This document shows positions 18,131-28,567 of a stretch of DNA of 64,000 nucleotides, in pieces. The notes below the pieces were generated by a model. That model made no database searches. It was given only the letters and a program-made list of their open reading frames with translations, and was not told where the DNA came from. Position numbers and translations under genes: made by a program. Each line of letters starts with the position of its first letter. Positions within the stretch are counted from its first letter, which is position 1. Source of the stretch: Candidatus Fermentibacteraceae bacterium (lineage in GTDB: Bacteria > Fermentibacterota > Fermentibacteria > Fermentibacterales > JCC-6); the NCBI GenBank assembly GCA_041750285.1, contig JBGSZS010000018.1:160001-224000 (forward strand). The letters run 5' to 3'.

Positions 18131-19705
18131 TCACTCCGGCGGGATCACCGCCACCATTCCTTCGTGCGATGCGATGGTTCCGGGAATGACGGTCGAGGGA
18201 TCGGTGCTTCTGCCCAGCAGGACGACCCTGACCGGCACCCCTTCGGGAGCGGGTGGCATCCTCAGGGCGTAAATCCCGTCCATGCCCACCATGAAGCCAT
18301 GTTTGTCAAGGCTGTTGGCGATCCCGGTCAGCACGGGCCACATGCCCGGAGTCCGCAGTACGAGCGAGTTGTACGCTTCGGGCTGGCCCGAAAGCCAGGA
18401 AAGCATCTGACCTGACAGCTCCCGCACAGCCGCGTCGTTGCCGCCGGTCTGTTCTGCGGGGGGTGCGATGTAGCCTCCCGCACCTGCCGTTGCCAGCACG
18501 GATGTGTAAAGCGCCAGGACCGAGGCGAAGGCGGCTGCAGACCTTCGGGCAGTGACGCCCCACTCCCTGCACTGGAGGAGCGAGAGCAGGATCGCTCCGA
18601 TCGAAAGGGGCGAAAGTACACGCATCCACTCGAAAAGGTAGACCAGCATCTCCCCCCTGATCTGCGTGCCGGAATACAGCGAAGCTCCATGAAGGATCAG
18701 GCAGAGAAGCGAGAGTGATGCGGCAAAACGCCCGTCCCGCCTCTTTCTCATGGCAAGGAACGCCAGGGCCAGCAGAACCGTCCGAATGACGGGCAGGACC
18801 GTCACTGCTGCATCGAGGGCTCCCAGCCCGTGAAGGGGCGCGCGAAGCAGGTCGAGTTCGAAACCCGTCACTGCGAGGCTCCAGTCGTGATAGACCCGGG
18901 AGAGACCGTGTTCGGGGAGTGTTTCGGTCATGAAGACCACGATGCGGGTGATGTTCCCCTGGGGAGCCGAGGCGAACTCCTCATAGATGGGAGGCGCCCA
19001 GAGAAGAAGAAGCAGAACTGCCGGCAGCAGCCGTTTGACCCGGGTGGCGGCTGCTTCGGGGCGGCGGCTGCACGCAATCCCGTGGAATCGTCGAAGCGCC
19101 AGCGCCGCAACTCCCGTCATAACGATTGCCGGTATGGAGCCCATGTGGGTCTGGGCGGCGAAGGAACCCGCGACAACTGCGGGCAGGACGAAACCCGGGC
19201 AGCGTGAACCGAAGGCGGCCGTGCAGGTGAAGAAGAAGAGCAGTGGAAGGGCGATCACCAGGGGGTTCCATTCCGAGAGCCACAGGGCCGGGCCCGTCAC
19301 CGCAAGGAAGCTTCCCAGTACGGCGCTGAAGATCAGTGCGCCGCCGGGAGGTGCGCAACGCCTCAGAGCGGAGCGGACTCCGAGCAGTGACAACCCTCCC
19401 AAAATGGCCGTGGTCATGACAAAACTGGAGGACCTCCACTGGAAGATGGCGTAGAGCGGGAACCGCAAAAGAAAGTAAAGGGGTCCGGGATGGAAGAAGA
19501 TGAAACGGGAATAGGGGCCGAGAAGGATACGGTGCGTGAAAAGCCACCGGGTTGATATCTCGAGCAGGGAAGCGTCGCCCGAGGACGGGTTGTCGGGCAC
19601 GCCGCGGGCCAGGACGGATGCGACGACCACAATGAATGGAAGAACGGGCAAAAATTCGGGAAGCGTTGAGAGGAGCCGTCCGATGTGCCTGCCCCGAACC
19701 TTCAA
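18131..19705 (-). CDS. Polytopic membrane protein, probable GT-C-type glycosyltransferase-like
   Basis: More than 10 hydrophobic segments; N-terminal loop GDASLLE...LLGPYSRF..FHPGPLYF; WNP and AQTH motifs. Confidence 0.65.
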   Translation of the reverse strand: MKVRGRHIGRLLSTLPEFLPVLPFIVVVASVLARGVPDNPSSGDASLLEISTRWLFTHRILLGPYSRFIFFHPGPLYFLLRFPLYAIFQWRSSSFVMTTAILGGLSLLGVRSALRRCAPPGGALIFSAVLGSFLAVTGPALWLSEWNPLVIALPLLFFFTCTAAFGSRCPGFVLPAVVAGSFAAQTHMGSIPAIVMTGVAALALRRFHGIACSRRPEAAATRVKRLLPAVLLLLLWAPPIYEEFASAPQGNITRIVVFMTETLPEHGLSRVYHDWSLAVTGFELDLLRAPLHGLGALDAAVTVLPVIRTVLLALAFLAMRKRRDGRFAASLSLLCLILHGASLYSGTQIRGEMLVYLFEWMRVLSPLSIGAILLSLLQCREWGVTARRSAAAFASVLALYTSVLATAGAGGYIAPPAEQTGGNDAAVRELSGQMLSWLSGQPEAYNSLVLRTPGMWPVLTGIANSLDKHGFMVGMDGIYALRMPPAPEGVPVRVVLLGRSTDPSTVIPGTIASHEGMVAVIPPE

Positions 19706-19756
19706 AAGCGCCCGCCTCCCTGGGTTGCTGCCCGGATTATACGCCGGACGGCCGGT

Positions 19757-20929
19757 TCAGGGGAAGATGTTCAGGGTCTGACCGTCGGTTTCAAATCTGA
19801 CGGTTCCGTTCAGATCGGTCCTGTAAACGGTAGCTCCGGAAGCGGAAAGCCTGCCGAGGAGTTCAGGGTGAGGGTGACCGTACGGATTGCCGGCCCCCAC
19901 CTCTATGACACCGTACTGGGGCTGTACTGCCTCGAGCCACGGGTAACCGGTGGCGTCACTCGATCCGTGGTGGCCCACCTTCAGAACACAGGCCGTGAGC
20001 TCGGACGGGCTGAATGCCGACAAGACACTCTCCTCGCCGCCTTCGGTCTCCAGGTCGCCCGCGAGAAGGAACCTCACCCCGCCGAAAGACAGCATCAGCA
20101 CGATGGAGGCGTTGTTCATCGATCCGCTTCCAAGGCTGCTCGTGGGGTGAAGCACCCTCACGGTCAGCTCCTGACCCCAGTCCAGCGTCATGCCCCTCCG
20201 GGCGACGGTGTACTGGGCACCGCAAGCGTCGACTTCATCCAGGAACTGCTCGTAAAGGTCGCTTGACTCTCCCGGCCAGCCGCAATCCCAGACCCTGTCG
20301 ACGGGGACCGTGCCCAGAATGTCGACAAGGCCGCCAATGTGGTCGGAGTGCGGGTGGGTCGCCACGATGCCGTCGAGATGGGTCACGCCCAGACTGTCGA
20401 GCAGGGGGATGATGACGTCGGTTCCACAACTCCACTGCGGCACCGAGCTTCCGCCGTCGATCAGGTAGTTCCTCCCGCCGGGGGTCCTCACCAGGATCGC
20501 GTCTCCGGAAAGGCTTCCCCACGTGGGGTCGATGAAGAACACGTTCAACACGGGGTCGGGCTCGGGGATGAATACCCCGACCTCGTTGCTCCAGGCTTTC
20601 AATCCCGATTCGTTCCGGGTTTCGAGGGCGTAGTACGAGTGTTGACCCGGGATTGCGGTCGTGTCCGTGAAGACCATGGACAGCACGTCCATGCCAAAAA
20701 AGACGGCAACCGCCTGGGAAGGGTTTCCCTCGATTCCGGGGTTGACGGACCTCCATAGAGTGTAGGATTCGAAGTCGGGGTCGGGGCACTGGCTCCAGCT
20801 CAGGTAGACCGCGCCGCCCTCCTGAACGGTTGCGGCAAGCCCCGATGGGGTGGGGGGAAGCACTCCCGCAGGATCGCTGCCGCAACCTAAGATCAGAAGA
20901 AAGGGCAGCAGGACGGCCAGTCGTATCAT
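19757..20929 (-). CDS. Lipoprotein with FN3-like domain and ComEC/Rec2-type metallo-beta-lactamase-fold hydrolase
   Basis: Lipobox ILGC; THPHSDHIGG, NNASIVL, LLAGD, LKVGHHGS, GNPYGHP, YRTDLNG. Confidence 0.9.
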   Translation of the reverse strand: MIRLAVLLPFLLILGCGSDPAGVLPPTPSGLAATVQEGGAVYLSWSQCPDPDFESYTLWRSVNPGIEGNPSQAVAVFFGMDVLSMVFTDTTAIPGQHSYYALETRNESGLKAWSNEVGVFIPEPDPVLNVFFIDPTWGSLSGDAILVRTPGGRNYLIDGGSSVPQWSCGTDVIIPLLDSLGVTHLDGIVATHPHSDHIGGLVDILGTVPVDRVWDCGWPGESSDLYEQFLDEVDACGAQYTVARRGMTLDWGQELTVRVLHPTSSLGSGSMNNASIVLMLSFGGVRFLLAGDLETEGGEESVLSAFSPSELTACVLKVGHHGSSDATGYPWLEAVQPQYGVIEVGAGNPYGHPHPELLGRLSASGATVYRTDLNGTVRFETDGQTLNIFP

Positions 20930-21567
20930 CTCACCGCTTCCCTGTACACCACCGCGCCGTCGCCGAGCGAGATCTCGAGGAACCGGCGGCATGCTTCCTT
21001 CTGGGAATCACCGAGCTGAAGCCTCCAATCGGGGTTCTCCCCCACCAGGAGAAACTCGTCGGCCGCCAGGATGTTCTGCAGTACCGGGGGTTCGAGGCTG
21101 AACAGGGCCTGGAACCTGTAGGGATCGACGGGGCCCGGCCCGTTGTCGGCAAGCTCAAGGGCATGCTCACGATAGAATGACACCGAAGCCCTGTCTCCGA
21201 TCATCCTGATGAAATCAGTTCCGGTGATCACCGGCAGGACCGTCTGGTCCGGCGGTATCACCCCGGCCCACACCGGGCCGTGAACGGTGCCTTCGAACCT
21301 TATCCTGGCCGAGGGCTGACCTTCGCTGTTCCAGATCACCTCGGGCTGGAACACGAGGCTCATGCCATCGGTCTCGAGGGATATGCCCCCAAGGATGAAC
21401 GTCGTAGTTTCCGCAGGGTCATCCCTGATGACTGCGACCGACGCGCCCCCGGGAAGCTCGATCACACGGCTTTCCGAACCCTGCCCTGGTCCGGGTGTCG
21501 CAGTTCCGGGAGAGCTGCAGCCGAGAACGGAAAGCGCGGCGAGGATGGCTGATGCTTTTCCTGTCAT
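20926..21567 (-). CDS. Hypothetical lipoprotein
   Basis: Start MTGKASAILAALSVLGC (lipobox). Coupled to neighbours. Confidence 0.7.
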   Translation of the reverse strand: MTGKASAILAALSVLGCSSPGTATPGPGQGSESRVIELPGGASVAVIRDDPAETTTFILGGISLETDGMSLVFQPEVIWNSEGQPSARIRFEGTVHGPVWAGVIPPDQTVLPVITGTDFIRMIGDRASVSFYREHALELADNGPGPVDPYRFQALFSLEPPVLQNILAADEFLLVGENPDWRLQLGDSQKEACRRFLEISLGDGAVVYREAVR

Positions 21568-21569
21568 GC

Positions 21570-23696
21570 TCAATGCCTCCGGTGGATGTCTGTGGGGGTT
21601 GATTCGTCGCTGTTCATCCTGCCCCACTGAAGAAGGTAAAGGTTGTAGTAAATACCCCTCTTTGCCAGAAGCTCCTGGTGGCTGCCCCTTTCCAGTATCC
21701 TGCCGTTGTCGAACACGAGAATGTTTCCGCACTGCTGCACCGTGCTCAACCGGTGCGCCACGATGAGGCTCGTGCGGCCCCTCATGAGAACCTCGATGGC
21801 TCTCTGGATGAGTTTCTCGGTCGAGGGGTCAACGTTGCTCGTGGCCTCGTCAAGCACCAGTATCTTCGGATCGTGGACGAGCGCCCTGGCGAAACAGATC
21901 AGCTGTTTCTGGCCCGTGGAAAGCGTGGCCCCCCGTTCGGCCATGACCGTATCGTAACCGTCGGGAAGCCTCTCGATGAAATCGGCGGCCTGGACCATCT
22001 CCGCCGCTTCCCTGATCCGGTCGAGGCCGATGTCCGATCCCAGCCTGATGTTGTCAGCCACGCTGCGGCTGAAGATGAAGGCGTCCTGGAGGACGATGGC
22101 GATGTTCTTCCTGAGCGTCTCCACCGAGTGCTTTCCGATCTCCACGCCATCGAGCAGGATACTGCCCCGGTTCACATCCCAGAACCTTGTGAGAAGGCTG
22201 ATGACCGAAGTCTTTCCAGCGCCGGTGGGACCAACCAGCGCCACGCTCTCGCCCGGTACGACCGTGAAGCTCACATTCCTCAGGACGGACTGGTCGGGAT
22301 TGTAGCCGAAGGTGACGTCCCTGAACTCGACAAGACCCGCTAGAGGGCGCGGAGGTTCGGCGTCGGGCGCGTCGACGATCGCGGGAACGGTGTCGAGTAT
22401 GCCGAAAACCCTCTCACTGGCTGCCATTGCGCTCTGCATGATGTTGTATTTCTCGCTCATGTCCTGCAGGGGGCGGAACATCTGACGAACGTAGCTGAGG
22501 AATGCCACAAGGGCTCCGAGCGTGAGCGCGCCCTGCATGACGCTCAACCCGCCGTAGACAAGCACTATGGTAGTTCCGAGCTGGGCTATGACCTCGATCA
22601 TCGGCCGGAACACCCCGAACACGACGAGCTGTTTCATGTTGGACTGGAAGTACTTGTCATTGGTGTCGAGGAACTGGTCCCTGCGGGCCTTCTCCTGGCG
22701 GAAAACCTGAACCACTTTCACACCGCTCAGGTCTTCGGCCAGATGGGAATTGAGCTTCGCCAGGTACTTTCTCACATCACGGTAAGCCTTCCTGGTCATT
22801 CTTCTGAAGAAGATGCTGACCAGCGTGAAAAGCGGCATCACGAGAAGTGAGAGCAGGGCCAGCCGCCAGTTCATGAAGAAAAGGATGGCGGCGGTGCCGA
22901 AAAGCAGGAGAACGTCCTTGAAGAAATTCACGAGGACCGAGCTGAACATCTCGTTGAGCGCCTCGATGTCGTTGGCCACCCGCGTCACGAGGCGCCCCGT
23001 GGGGTTTCCCGTGAAGAAGTCGAGGCTGAGCGTCTGGATGTGCTTGAAAAGCCTGCTGCGAAGGTCGTACATCGCCCTCTGGCCGGCAATGACGAGTGTC
23101 ATCATGTGACCGTACCCGCACACCAGGCTGATGAGGATAAGCCCGCCCAGTATCCAGGTTAGCCGGGCTATGCCCTTGAGGTCGTCGCCCCGGAGGTCGA
23201 ACAGCACGCGGGGAGGAACCCGGCGGAGGTCGGTTTCCCTCACCAGCCACCATTGTCCGCTGATGAAGCCCGCGTCACCCGTGAAGTCGGCGGAATCGAA
23301 GATGTAATAGGTCTCCGGAAGAAGCCTGATGTCGCCCCGCACATCATTGGAGACGTCGGGATCGAGGCCGTCGAGTGCCGCCTTTTTCACAAGCACCGTG
23401 TCGGGGCTGATCCTTATAAAATCATCGGGGGCGGAGCCCAGCGCGGCCACGCTGTCGCACGCCTCGGGCTCGGCCGTGTAGACCTGGTAAAGCTTGGCCA
23501 GGTACCTGTCGATGGCGGTCTTGGTAAGGTAGGGAAGAAGAAGGTCGACCGCGGACGATACCAGCATGAACAGAAGGGCCAGAAAAACGAGCTTTTTGTG
23601 TGGTTTCACGTAGCGCATGAGGCGCTTCACCATGGCGCCGTCGTAGGCCTTGCCCTCCATCGCGTCGTCAACGAAAGGGTTTCCGTGTGGCGGCAT
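21570..23696 (-). CDS. ABC exporter, fused permease/ATPase (heterodimer subunit with consensus Walker B)
   Basis: TM domain with a large loop after TM1; GPTGAGKT, LSTGQKQ, ILVLDEATS, AHRLST. Confidence 0.95.
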   Translation of the reverse strand: MPPHGNPFVDDAMEGKAYDGAMVKRLMRYVKPHKKLVFLALLFMLVSSAVDLLLPYLTKTAIDRYLAKLYQVYTAEPEACDSVAALGSAPDDFIRISPDTVLVKKAALDGLDPDVSNDVRGDIRLLPETYYIFDSADFTGDAGFISGQWWLVRETDLRRVPPRVLFDLRGDDLKGIARLTWILGGLILISLVCGYGHMMTLVIAGQRAMYDLRSRLFKHIQTLSLDFFTGNPTGRLVTRVANDIEALNEMFSSVLVNFFKDVLLLFGTAAILFFMNWRLALLSLLVMPLFTLVSIFFRRMTRKAYRDVRKYLAKLNSHLAEDLSGVKVVQVFRQEKARRDQFLDTNDKYFQSNMKQLVVFGVFRPMIEVIAQLGTTIVLVYGGLSVMQGALTLGALVAFLSYVRQMFRPLQDMSEKYNIMQSAMAASERVFGILDTVPAIVDAPDAEPPRPLAGLVEFRDVTFGYNPDQSVLRNVSFTVVPGESVALVGPTGAGKTSVISLLTRFWDVNRGSILLDGVEIGKHSVETLRKNIAIVLQDAFIFSRSVADNIRLGSDIGLDRIREAAEMVQAADFIERLPDGYDTVMAERGATLSTGQKQLICFARALVHDPKILVLDEATSNVDPSTEKLIQRAIEVLMRGRTSLIVAHRLSTVQQCGNILVFDNGRILERGSHQELLAKRGIYYNLYLLQWGRMNSDESTPTDIHRRH

Positions 23697-25480
23697 CAGT
23701 CGTCACCCCCCCCGGAGGTCTTCTGGGCCTCGGCCTCGAGCTGCTGCATCCTGTAAAGCTCGGTGTAGAAACCGTCCTTCGAGAGAAGCTGTTCGTGGGT
23801 TCCCTTTTCCACGATCCTTCCCCGCTCCATCACCAGAACCATGTCGGCGTGCTGCACGGTGCTTATCCTGTGTGATATGATGATGGTCGTTATGTTGCTG
23901 GTCTTCCGCTTGACGGCCTTCAGTATCACGTCCTCAGTCTCGGTGTCGACCGCGCTGAGGCTGTCGTCAAGAACCAGGATCCCGGGGTTCGTGGCCAGAG
24001 CCCTGGCAATTGCCACACGCTGCTTCTGGCCGCCCGAGAGCGTTACTCCCCGTTCCCCGACCACGGTTTCGAATCCCTGGGGGAAACCCATTATCTCGGA
24101 AGCTATGTCAACGGTTTCGGCAAGTTCGCGGATCCTCTCCGGCGGAAGGGGTCCCGCTCCGAACGAGATGTTCTCGCCTATCGTCATGGCGAAAAGGAAA
24201 GTCTCCTGCGGAACGTAGCCGAAAAGCCCCCTGAGGTTGTGGAGCTTGAGGTCGGCCACATCCCTGCCCCCCACGAATACCGTTCCCCGCGGGGGATCGT
24301 AGAGCCGCATCAGAAGCTCCACCAGGGTTGTCTTTCCGCTTCCCGTGCGCCCGACTATGCCAAGTGTCCTGCCGCTTTCGAGCGAAAAAGCCACTTCCTC
24401 CAGAACGTTGGTGCCCGTTTCAGGGTAGGCGAAGGTGAGGTTGCGCACCTCGATGACTGGTTCGGGGACGGCTGGGTCGCTGCCGTCGCTTATCGACGGG
24501 ACGGTGTTGATTATTCGCATGAGCCTGGCCATGCTTGCAGCACCCCTCTGAAGCATGTTCACAACGAAGCCGATGGCCATCATGGGCCAGGTGAGCATTG
24601 CGAGGTAGCTTGAAAAGGCCACGAACTGTCCCAGACTGATGGAACCGCCGATCACCATCCGGCCCCCGGCCGCAAGCAGGATGGCGTTCCCCGCCAGGGC
24701 CAGTGTCGCCACCAGGGGCTGAAAGAAGCCCCAGACCCTTGCAAGGTGGATGTTCTGGTCCATGTTCAGCCTGGCCTTTGCATCGAACAGACCGTTCTCG
24801 GACTCCTCGTCGCCGTAGGCCTTGACCACCCTGATGCCGCTGAAAGCTTCCTGGGCCTTGTCGGAAAGCTCGCTGAACGCCATCTGGACCTTGTCGAACC
24901 TGTCGTGGATCATTCCCGAGAAGCGGGTGACCATCAGGGCGATGAGGGGCAGCGGGATCATGGTGACAAGGGTGAGCTTCCAGTCGATGGTGATGAGCAT
25001 GATAATGCTGGCGGCGCTCATGAAGATGGCGTCGAAGCTCGCGATGGTGGCCATTCCGCACGCCATGCGTACCGCGTTGATGTCGTTGGTGGCATGGGCC
25101 ATCACGTCGCCAACCTTTGTCTTGTCGAAGTAGTCGGCGGGGAGCGCCTGAAGGTGAGTGTAGAACTCGCTTCGAAGGTCGCGGTCTATCCTGTGGCTCG
25201 CCCCCACGATGAACCACCGCCAGAAGAACCTGCAGACGGCCATGCCCAGGGAAACCGCGACAACGGCCAGCCCCATCTTCCAGATGAAGCCGCTGGTCAC
25301 GTCGCCCGAGGCAAGGGCGTCTATAACCCTGCGGAAGATCAGCGGCACCACGAGCTGAAGGCCGTCGACCCCCACCAGGGCAAGAATGCCCAGAAACAGC
25401 GCTTTCTTATGCTTGAGTATCCTGCCGTAGATAAGCTTCAGGCTTGTTCTGTCGGCTTTCTTCTCACGGGCGCGGGACAT
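23696..25480 (-). CDS. ABC exporter, fused permease/ATPase (heterodimer subunit with degenerate Walker B)
   Basis: GRTGSGKT, LSGGQKQR, ILVLDDSLS (D in place of the catalytic E). TM287/288- or YheI/H-like pair. Confidence 0.95.
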   Translation of the reverse strand: MSRAREKKADRTSLKLIYGRILKHKKALFLGILALVGVDGLQLVVPLIFRRVIDALASGDVTSGFIWKMGLAVVAVSLGMAVCRFFWRWFIVGASHRIDRDLRSEFYTHLQALPADYFDKTKVGDVMAHATNDINAVRMACGMATIASFDAIFMSAASIIMLITIDWKLTLVTMIPLPLIALMVTRFSGMIHDRFDKVQMAFSELSDKAQEAFSGIRVVKAYGDEESENGLFDAKARLNMDQNIHLARVWGFFQPLVATLALAGNAILLAAGGRMVIGGSISLGQFVAFSSYLAMLTWPMMAIGFVVNMLQRGAASMARLMRIINTVPSISDGSDPAVPEPVIEVRNLTFAYPETGTNVLEEVAFSLESGRTLGIVGRTGSGKTTLVELLMRLYDPPRGTVFVGGRDVADLKLHNLRGLFGYVPQETFLFAMTIGENISFGAGPLPPERIRELAETVDIASEIMGFPQGFETVVGERGVTLSGGQKQRVAIARALATNPGILVLDDSLSAVDTETEDVILKAVKRKTSNITTIIISHRISTVQHADMVLVMERGRIVEKGTHEQLLSKDGFYTELYRMQQLEAEAQKTSGGGDD

Positions 25481-25634
25481 GGGAAAACCTCATTCCATGG
25501 CGGGGACTGGATGCGGGAATATGACGCCCGGCATGGCTTTCCTGCAAGGTTGAAGGGGCTTGTCGGATGCCGTGCGACACGTCCTGATGAAGCCTTCGAA
25601 ACGTCAGCGGCAGATAGTTGCGGGATGCGTCCCT

Positions 25635-27023
25635 CTACTCCACCGGAAGCCCAGGACACAAAGCGATCTCGTCGGGGCGGGTCTTCATTCTTGCCGCGGC
25701 GTTCCTCAGGGCGCCCCGCAGGCCCTCCTCCACCACGGGGTGGTAGAAGGGCATGCGCAGCGCTCCCGAAACCGTGAGCTTCTGCTGGATCGCCCACGCG
25801 AGAAGATGGGCGATATGCTCGCCGTGCGGGGCCACCATCTCCGAGCCCAGAATCAGTCCGGTATCGGCGTCGGCGTAAACCCTGAGAAGCCCGTGGTTTT
25901 CGGCGGCGGTTACCGCTCTGCCCTGAGCGCCGAAGTCAGCCTCGCCGACAGCGGTTCTCTCCTTCGAAATCTCGCCGTAACGCATGCCGGCCACTGCTAT
26001 GTCTGGGCTGGTGAAAACTATCCCCAGCCTGGCCCTCCGACAGTACTCCCGGGGGGTTTCCTCGAAGGCGTTCCTTCCCGCGATGAAGCCGTCGTCAGCT
26101 GCTTCGTGAAGCACGGGCGCCCTTCCGTTGGCGTCTCCCGCCAGGAACACCCTGAGGTTTTCCACCTGCATAGTAAGCGGGTTGACCCGCGGAAGTCCCC
26201 GCCCATCCAGGGGAACACCCAGGTTCCCAAGCCCAAGTCCGGCGATGTTGGGTTTTCTTCCCACCGCCACCAGTATCTTCTGGAAAGGTTTGCCTCCGAC
26301 TGCGACCAGTTCACCGGCCTGTTCGATCTGAACGGCTGTTTCCAGGTGGATTGGGAACTCCCGGCCGAGGATCTCGACCGCCCGTTCCGAAACGAGGGGA
26401 TCGGTCATGCCGGCGATAGTGGGAGCGGCGTCGAATCCCTCCACCCTCACCCCAAGCCGGCTCATGGCCTGGGCCATCTCGAGGCCTATGGCGCCCAGAC
26501 CGATCACGGCAAGGCTTTCGGGAAGCTCTTCGATCTCGAAGAGCGTGTCGCTTGTCAGCAGATGGTCTGAGAACCGCATCCAGGGGGCGGGGATCACGGG
26601 TGTGGAGCCGGGGGCAATAATCAGGTTCCTGGCCCGTATCCTTCTGCCGTTCACCTCGACAAGGCCGGGTTCGAGGATGACCGCCCTACCGGCGATGTTC
26701 TTCTCACCCAGGCCGTCGGTCGATTCAAGGACGCCCTTCACGAACCGGTCCCGAAGCCTTCTCACCCTCTCCATGACCCTGCTGCCCACAACCTCGGGCG
26801 GTTCGGACGCTTTCATGCCCATCTCCCCGTGGAGAAGGGTCTTGTGGCGGATTCCGGCGGCCTCGATCAGGGCCTTCGATGGCATGCACCCAACCCTGGC
26901 ACAGGTTGTTCCGTAGGGGCCTTCATTGATTATCACGAAGTCACCGGTGCGCTTCCGAACCTGGGAAAGCGCTGTGAGTCCGGCAGTCCCGGCGCCTATG
27001 ATCACGACTTCCCTGTTTTCCAT
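25635..27023 (-). CDS. lpdA: Dihydrolipoamide dehydrogenase
   Basis: IGAGTAG, redox disulfide TTCARVGCMPSK, GLGAIGLE, C-terminal FYHPVVEE. Start MENREV at 27023. Confidence 0.88.
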   Translation of the reverse strand: MENREVVIIGAGTAGLTALSQVRKRTGDFVIINEGPYGTTCARVGCMPSKALIEAAGIRHKTLLHGEMGMKASEPPEVVGSRVMERVRRLRDRFVKGVLESTDGLGEKNIAGRAVILEPGLVEVNGRRIRARNLIIAPGSTPVIPAPWMRFSDHLLTSDTLFEIEELPESLAVIGLGAIGLEMAQAMSRLGVRVEGFDAAPTIAGMTDPLVSERAVEILGREFPIHLETAVQIEQAGELVAVGGKPFQKILVAVGRKPNIAGLGLGNLGVPLDGRGLPRVNPLTMQVENLRVFLAGDANGRAPVLHEAADDGFIAGRNAFEETPREYCRRARLGIVFTSPDIAVAGMRYGEISKERTAVGEADFGAQGRAVTAAENHGLLRVYADADTGLILGSEMVAPHGEHIAHLLAWAIQQKLTVSGALRMPFYHPVVEEGLRGALRNAAARMKTRPDEIALCPGLPVE

Positions 27024-28567
27024 CACAGCCCCTCCCGAACCTCTGTGACCATTATCCTGGGCAGTTCCTCCCGAACCGACCACCCCTCGTGTGAAAGCAC
27101 TCCCAGAACCCCGGCACGGGTGGCGCCACCCGCAATGAGCCTGCGCGCCCTGTCTCCCACAAGCGCGTATGCCCCCCCTGTAAGGCTGTCGGTGAGTACG
27201 ACGGTTTCCGACCGGGTGCCGGGAAAGAGGACCTCGATGCGTCCCTCCAGCGTGACGAGCCCCTGCGCGTTCATGGGATGGATGCCGAGGGGTATCGGGC
27301 CGGTTATGTCCAGCTCAGCGGCGCTGCCCGTGATGATGCCCCAGGCCGCGGTGTCCACCCATCTTCTTACGGCTGAGGAGATGTCGGGGGGAGTCAGGTT
27401 TCCGAACCGCTGCGCAGCGTCGAAAAGGCTGCTCCAGTGGCCGGCGGAGATGGCGCCCGCACCCATCAGCCAGCACTGGGTGTCCATGGTTTGAGCCCTG
27501 ATGCCGTCCAGCGTAACCTGCGTCCGTACGACGCCGCGCATCATCTCGGGGTCGACCTCTCCGAGTGCAACGGTCCGAAGCACTTCGGTCAGAAGGGAAC
27601 AGGCAGCATGGGGGCTTGATGTGGTTACGTACATGAAGCCCCAGTTCTCGGTGTAAGTGGTAGTTACACCGGCGCCCGCGGCGTATGTGAGGGCATTGTC
27701 GGTCCTGAGGACCTGCCAGATCAGTTCGTCGGCCACCATCATCGCAGCCTGGAAGGCGGAAAGGTCAGGGTGACCCGCGGGGGGCGCCTTGAACTTGACC
27801 ACCACGTAGGTGGTCGTTGCGTCCATCTCCCTGATCACCATGGTGTCCCGCGGCGCGCCCGGGAGCGCGACGGTCTCAGGTTCGTCGGCGCCTGTTGGAA
27901 GCGTGCCAAAACTGCCCTCCAGAAGGTTTCTCAGCTCTTCGGGCTCAGTCGGACCGGCGTGGGTTATCAGCAGGTTGCCCCCGCGGACCCTCATCCCGAG
28001 AAGGCCGCGCATCTGATCCGCCGTGAACCCGCCCACCGTTTCCACGGTACCCTCGGGCCGGAGCAGGTATGGGTGACCGGCCGGCATGAAACCCTCGTTT
28101 GCAACAAGCCAGACCCTCTCATCGGGCTCCACCATCTCCACGCTCAACTGGGCGACCGAATGTCTTCTTACCCTTTCCACTGACGTTTCCGACAGCTCGG
28201 GCTCGGCAAGACACTGCAGGAGGCCCGTGACCAGAAGGGGCATGTCCTCCGCAAGGCACCGCAGGTGAAGCCGGCTGAAATCGTAGTTGTAGCTTCCCGT
28301 CAGTTCGGCCCTTGTGCGGTCCATGACCTCGCGCCAACGTTCACCGGGGAACTCGCCTCCACCCGCCAGCGCTGCTTCGAGCGCCAGGGCTTCCAGCCCC
28401 TGGGTTTCCGTATCCCTCAGCCTGGTCCCGCCGATGATGAATACGGACAGGCCCTCAACCTCACCGGGGATCGTGCGTGTGATCACCCCGATACCGTTGC
28501 CGAGGGTGAATGTCGTCACGTTCCCGGGCATCAAGGCCAGGATCGAACCAAGAAGTGCCCCGATCAC
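27023..28567 (-). CDS. M16 (insulinase) family peptidase, non-catalytic subunit with C-terminal extension
   Basis: FTLGNGIGVI N-terminus, HPY...EGTVETV, LRTDNALTY. No HxxEH motif. Confidence 0.85.
   Translation of the reverse strand: MIGALLGSILALMPGNVTTFTLGNGIGVITRTIPGEVEGLSVFIIGGTRLRDTETQGLEALALEAALAGGGEFPGERWREVMDRTRAELTGSYNYDFSRLHLRCLAEDMPLLVTGLLQCLAEPELSETSVERVRRHSVAQLSVEMVEPDERVWLVANEGFMPAGHPYLLRPEGTVETVGGFTADQMRGLLGMRVRGGNLLITHAGPTEPEELRNLLEGSFGTLPTGADEPETVALPGAPRDTMVIREMDATTTYVVVKFKAPPAGHPDLSAFQAAMMVADELIWQVLRTDNALTYAAGAGVTTTYTENWGFMYVTTSSPHAACSLLTEVLRTVALGEVDPEMMRGVVRTQVTLDGIRAQTMDTQCWLMGAGAISAGHWSSLFDAAQRFGNLTPPDISSAVRRWVDTAAWGIITGSAAELDITGPIPLGIHPMNAQGLVTLEGRIEVLFPGTRSETVVLTDSLTGGAYALVGDRARRLIAGGATRAGVLGVLSHEGWSVREELPRIMVTEVREGL

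Noticed and set aside
19757..20929. Competence gene comEC
   Set aside because: It lacks the multi-pass competence channel domain; only the MBL-fold domain is present, on a lipoprotein.
21570..25480. Degenerate Walker B and signature motifs as evidence of pseudogenes
   Set aside because: One degenerate and one consensus site is normal for heterodimeric ABC exporters.
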